Source of the DNA: a virus
Taxonomy: Duplodnaviria; Caudoviricetes
Length of the DNA: 35,695 nt
Reading direction: 5' to 3' (one strand)
Virus record (IMG/VR): IMGVR_UViG_3300021446_000035
Span: 1-35,695 of that record
This document shows positions 32,700 to 35,695 of the stretch, piece by piece. The translations under genes and the position numbers were made by a program. The notes under the pieces are model-generated. The model did not search any database, had not been told where the DNA came from, and saw only the letters and a program-made list of their open reading frames with translations. Numbering within the stretch: the first letter of the stretch is position 1; every line of letters begins with the position of its first letter.

Positions 32700-35695
32700 C
32701 TACTCGATCTCCGAAATGGAGTTTTCGGACATCCACTGGAGGCTGTACATGGAGCTAAACAGCGGTGCTTGCTTCATCCACTGATCCCGGACGTTGCTTG
32801 CAGACTGAGGATCGGTAAGGAGACCTCCGGTGGACTTGACGGCCTTCCCTAAGTCTATTGCCGTTGCCATCGCCGGAAAAGGCTCGTTGAGAAGTTCGAT
32901 TCCCGTTCCCGGCGTGAGGTAAAAGGTGGTGTCCTGGTTTAGACGAAAGAGAAGGTTGTGCATCGTGCGGAGGGCAGGCTTGTATTCTTCTTCATCGTCT
33001 TCTCCAAAGAAAGCGGCCTGCATCACGAGCATTGCCATGCTCGTCATTGCCCAAAACTTCAGTTCACGAAGGGCGCGGCGAAGGTTGAAGGCATCGGTGG
33101 GATCGACCCCCAGTTCTTTGGCCTTTGCCTCCGGGTCATTGGCCCGGTAAACCTGCATAGCTTCGCTGATCCCCACGTCTTTGTCCAGGAAAAGCTGCCA
33201 CGAGGACCGATAAGTTCCCTTGACGTACTCTTCGAGGTGGCTGTCGTACTGCTCTTTGCCGAAGCGGTAGCTGAATCCCTCAAACACCCACGTCTTGAAC
33301 ATTGACGCCATTCTTCCTAGCGCCGTCCACTTCAAATTCATGGGGGAGGAGGTGTCAAAGTTGCCGTGGATGCGCTTGATAAGCTGGACAATGCGAAGGC
33401 CATGGCGGTCGATCTCCCGCTCTCCGTCTAGGCTTTGAAACTCCGGATTCTTACCGAAGCGCTCTTCGTCCCACTTGCCTTTCTCGTTGAATGCCTCGTA
33501 CATAGAGATCTCTTTGTCCTGGCCGTTCTCTGTGACCTGAACTTTGTGGCTGTGAAGGTAGGCCACCATTGCGATGCCCTGAATGAAAGTCTCTGTCTCA
33601 TTCATGAGGAGCATCGGATTCTCAAGAAGACGCTGCATGAACGGGGATCCCTTTTCCTGCGCCTTCTTCCCGAACGCTAGTTCGGAGACCTCGAAGAAGA
33701 TGTTGAACGTCTGCATGAGGTGGGGAATCTTCTGCGATCCCTCCCGCCATTCGGACAAGTAGGTGCCAAAAGCATTTACCAGATCCCCATCGTCGAAGAA
33801 TTGCCCACTGGAAGCCTCAATGGAGTTGGCCATGAGACCAAAGAGCATGTTGTTCAGGCCGGATAAAGGACTCCACCCCAGTCCTTGCAGCATCGTCAGT
33901 TGTCCCAGGGTGCTTTCCACGAACCGCATGAAGGAGAATCGCCGTCCACTGAGTTCCTTCATGCGCTCGTCCAGTTCCTCGACCTGTTCTTCGTACTCGG
34001 ACTGCGTGATTTCCCCGCGTTCGAGCTTTTCTTTCAGCTCCTGGTGCTCCTTCTGAATCTCTCGCCTTTCTCTGTTGGCCCGCACATTGTCCATGATCCC
34101 TCCCTGCGTGACAAAGGTATTCGGATTCAACTCTTCCTTTCGGGCGCTCTCGAACATCAGAGAGTTCAGGGTATGCCGCATGGACTCCCTAATCACGTTT
34201 TGCTGGGCGTTAGTGCCCTTCGTAAGCCCTGGTTCCGCCTCTCCAGTCATCTCGTGGATCACGCGGCCCATGATCTCTACGGTGGGGCGCACCTCCTTCA
34301 TAAACTTGTAGGCGGCGACCATAGAGAGAAACTGGTCGGTCATTTTCTGAATGTCGGGGGTCCGCTCGGCCTCCTCAATCCGGGCATCGCTGAGGTACCG
34401 GACAGGAAGGTTTTTCTTGTCGGTGAGTCCTTGGAAGGCATCTGGATAGGTCTCTCCCTTTTCAATGCCGACGTCTTCGGCGCTCAAGAAATCGTCGGTG
34501 AAGTTCGACCAGATCTCACTGGTAGCGGCCTTCATCCCGTCACTCATCATAAACTCCCGCCAATCTTTCCGGACCACCGGAAGAAAGTTGTTTTGCTTTC
34601 CCCGCGTTCGGTGCTGCGGAAGCTCATCCATCAGCTCCGCAAAGAGGTCACGGAGTGCATCAGCGGCTTGTCTTTCCTCCTCCGTAAGACGGTCAAAATA
34701 CTTGCTGTCTTTGTGATCGGGCTTTCCCACGAAGTGGAGATTCCGGTGGCCCATGTTGAAGGCATTTTGGACTTCCCCACGCCTGAATTCTTCAAGGGCG
34801 GTAAGAGGACTGTTTCTCTCGTCAAACTGCTGCATGAGTCTCTCTCGGTACTCCTCGTCGGTCTCCCCGTCTTTCTTTTGGGCGGTTCCGGAAAAAATCT
34901 CTGCGTTCACGTTGTCCAGCTTTGCCCGACGAACCTCTTGGTACTTCTCCCAAGCGGCCAGTGCTTGCTCTGCGGCCTGCTTCCCAATCTTCTCTCCATA
35001 CTTTTCTTTGAGGTGGCTGATGTACTCTTCCCGACTGGAAAACTCCCCGCCATCTTCTAGGTCTTCAACGAGATACCGAATGTCTATTGCATCATCGACC
35101 TCCGTAAGTCCCTCGATCAGCTTTTGCTTTGCCGCCCGCATTTCCGCCTTACCGTCTGCATGGGGCACTGTGTTTTCAAACTCCTGGAGCACCTCTTGCC
35201 GATGGGTATAGTACTCCGGAGTATAGGGATTAACTAGAGAGATCACGGCATCCCCATCTTGGTTTTCGGCAAGCAACTTCTCTAGGTCATCCACCTGATC
35301 GAGCTTATCCTGGACCTCTCCCTTCCGTTCTCGAATGAACTTCGCCTTTTTCCCCTGGGCCACGCGCAGCTCTTTGTGAAAGCGCTCAAGCAGAGGCTGA
35401 TCAAGCCTCGATAGGTCAAAGGCCCTCCCGGCCTGGGTCATGATCCAAGACTCTTCTGGAAGCTCTGTGGCCTCTTCAATGGTGATGCCCTCGTAGTCTT
35501 TTTGAACCTGATCCAGGGCTATCTCTCGTTCGACATTTCGGACCTCTCGGCGAAGTTTGTCAAACTCATCGCTGATTTCCCGAAGGGTCTTCTCCATCGC
35601 CCCGCCCTTCTGCTTGCTGTTGAGGTACTGGTTTGTCACCGTCTCCCAGTCCCAGGCCCGCACCAGCTTCCCAATGAAGTTCATCTGTGCCATCG
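32700..35695 (-). CDS. C-terminal ~1000 aa of a very large protein, probably an internal-virion/ejected cargo protein (5' end likely beyond the window)
   Basis: The frame is open to the window edge and helical/coiled-coil. The C-terminal region 'IHGNFD...LGRMASMFKTW...' with a hydrophobic helix (FWAMTSMAMLVMQAAFF) resembles large podovirus/crAss-like internal virion proteins. Confidence 0.6.
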   Translation of the reverse strand, partial: MAQMNFIGKLVRAWDWETVTNQYLNSKQKGGAMEKTLREISDEFDKLRREVRNVEREIALDQVQKDYEGITIEEATELPEESWIMTQAGRAFDLSRLDQPLLERFHKELRVAQGKKAKFIRERKGEVQDKLDQVDDLEKLLAENQDGDAVISLVNPYTPEYYTHRQEVLQEFENTVPHADGKAEMRAAKQKLIEGLTEVDDAIDIRYLVEDLEDGGEFSSREEYISHLKEKYGEKIGKQAAEQALAAWEKYQEVRRAKLDNVNAEIFSGTAQKKDGETDEEYRERLMQQFDERNSPLTALEEFRRGEVQNAFNMGHRNLHFVGKPDHKDSKYFDRLTEEERQAADALRDLFAELMDELPQHRTRGKQNNFLPVVRKDWREFMMSDGMKAATSEIWSNFTDDFLSAEDVGIEKGETYPDAFQGLTDKKNLPVRYLSDARIEEAERTPDIQKMTDQFLSMVAAYKFMKEVRPTVEIMGRVIHEMTGEAEPGLTKGTNAQQNVIRESMRHTLNSLMFESARKEELNPNTFVTQGGIMDNVRANRERREIQKEHQELKEKLERGEITQSEYEEQVEELDERMKELSGRRFSFMRFVESTLGQLTMLQGLGWSPLSGLNNMLFGLMANSIEASSGQFFDDGDLVNAFGTYLSEWREGSQKIPHLMQTFNIFFEVSELAFGKKAQEKGSPFMQRLLENPMLLMNETETFIQGIAMVAYLHSHKVQVTENGQDKEISMYEAFNEKGKWDEERFGKNPEFQSLDGEREIDRHGLRIVQLIKRIHGNFDTSSPMNLKWTALGRMASMFKTWVFEGFSYRFGKEQYDSHLEEYVKGTYRSSWQLFLDKDVGISEAMQVYRANDPEAKAKELGVDPTDAFNLRRALRELKFWAMTSMAMLVMQAAFFGEDDEEEYKPALRTMHNLLFRLNQDTTFYLTPGTGIELLNEPFPAMATAIDLGKAVKSTGGLLTDPQSASNVRDQWMKQAPLFSSMYSLQWMSENSISEIE

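Overview
This window is part of a bacteriophage genome. Nearly all genes are on the + strand. The proteome is strongly acidic and the features are bacterial (tmRNA, sigma70-type promoters, Rep_3 initiator), which points to a 'salt-in' halophilic bacterial host, most plausibly Salinibacter-like (inference). Left to right: a tRNA-like RNA with an expanded anticodon arm, then small early-type ORFs (SprT-like protease, WLPKSQI-domain paralogs) and a structured non-coding region. Next is a replication block resembling that of crAss-like/Bacteroidota phages: family-B DNA polymerase, SF2 helicase, initiator-like protein, DnaB-like helicase, AAA ATPase, SSB-like protein, primase, RusA-like resolvase, PD-(D/E)XK exonuclease and UDG. 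This is followed by rIIA/rIIB, a MazG-like pyrophosphatase, a class II (B12) ribonucleotide reductase, a putative exported/outer-membrane protein and an RHH regulator. On the opposite strand sits a complete theta-plasmid module (ParA, ParG-like RHH protein, six iterons, Rep_3 initiator) with five dispersed 7-bp-periodic arrays that look like centromeres. The window ends with tRNA-Asn, an unusually long tmRNA with a 39-aa non-canonical tag, and the C-terminal part of a very large minus-strand protein. Main highlights: a probable crAss-like phage-plasmid; a bipartite non-Shine-Dalgarno leader motif (CCCTTTACC...CAACCAGCA) in front of about 17 genes; and several atypical RNAs. All family assignments come from motif recognition by eye, not from database searches.
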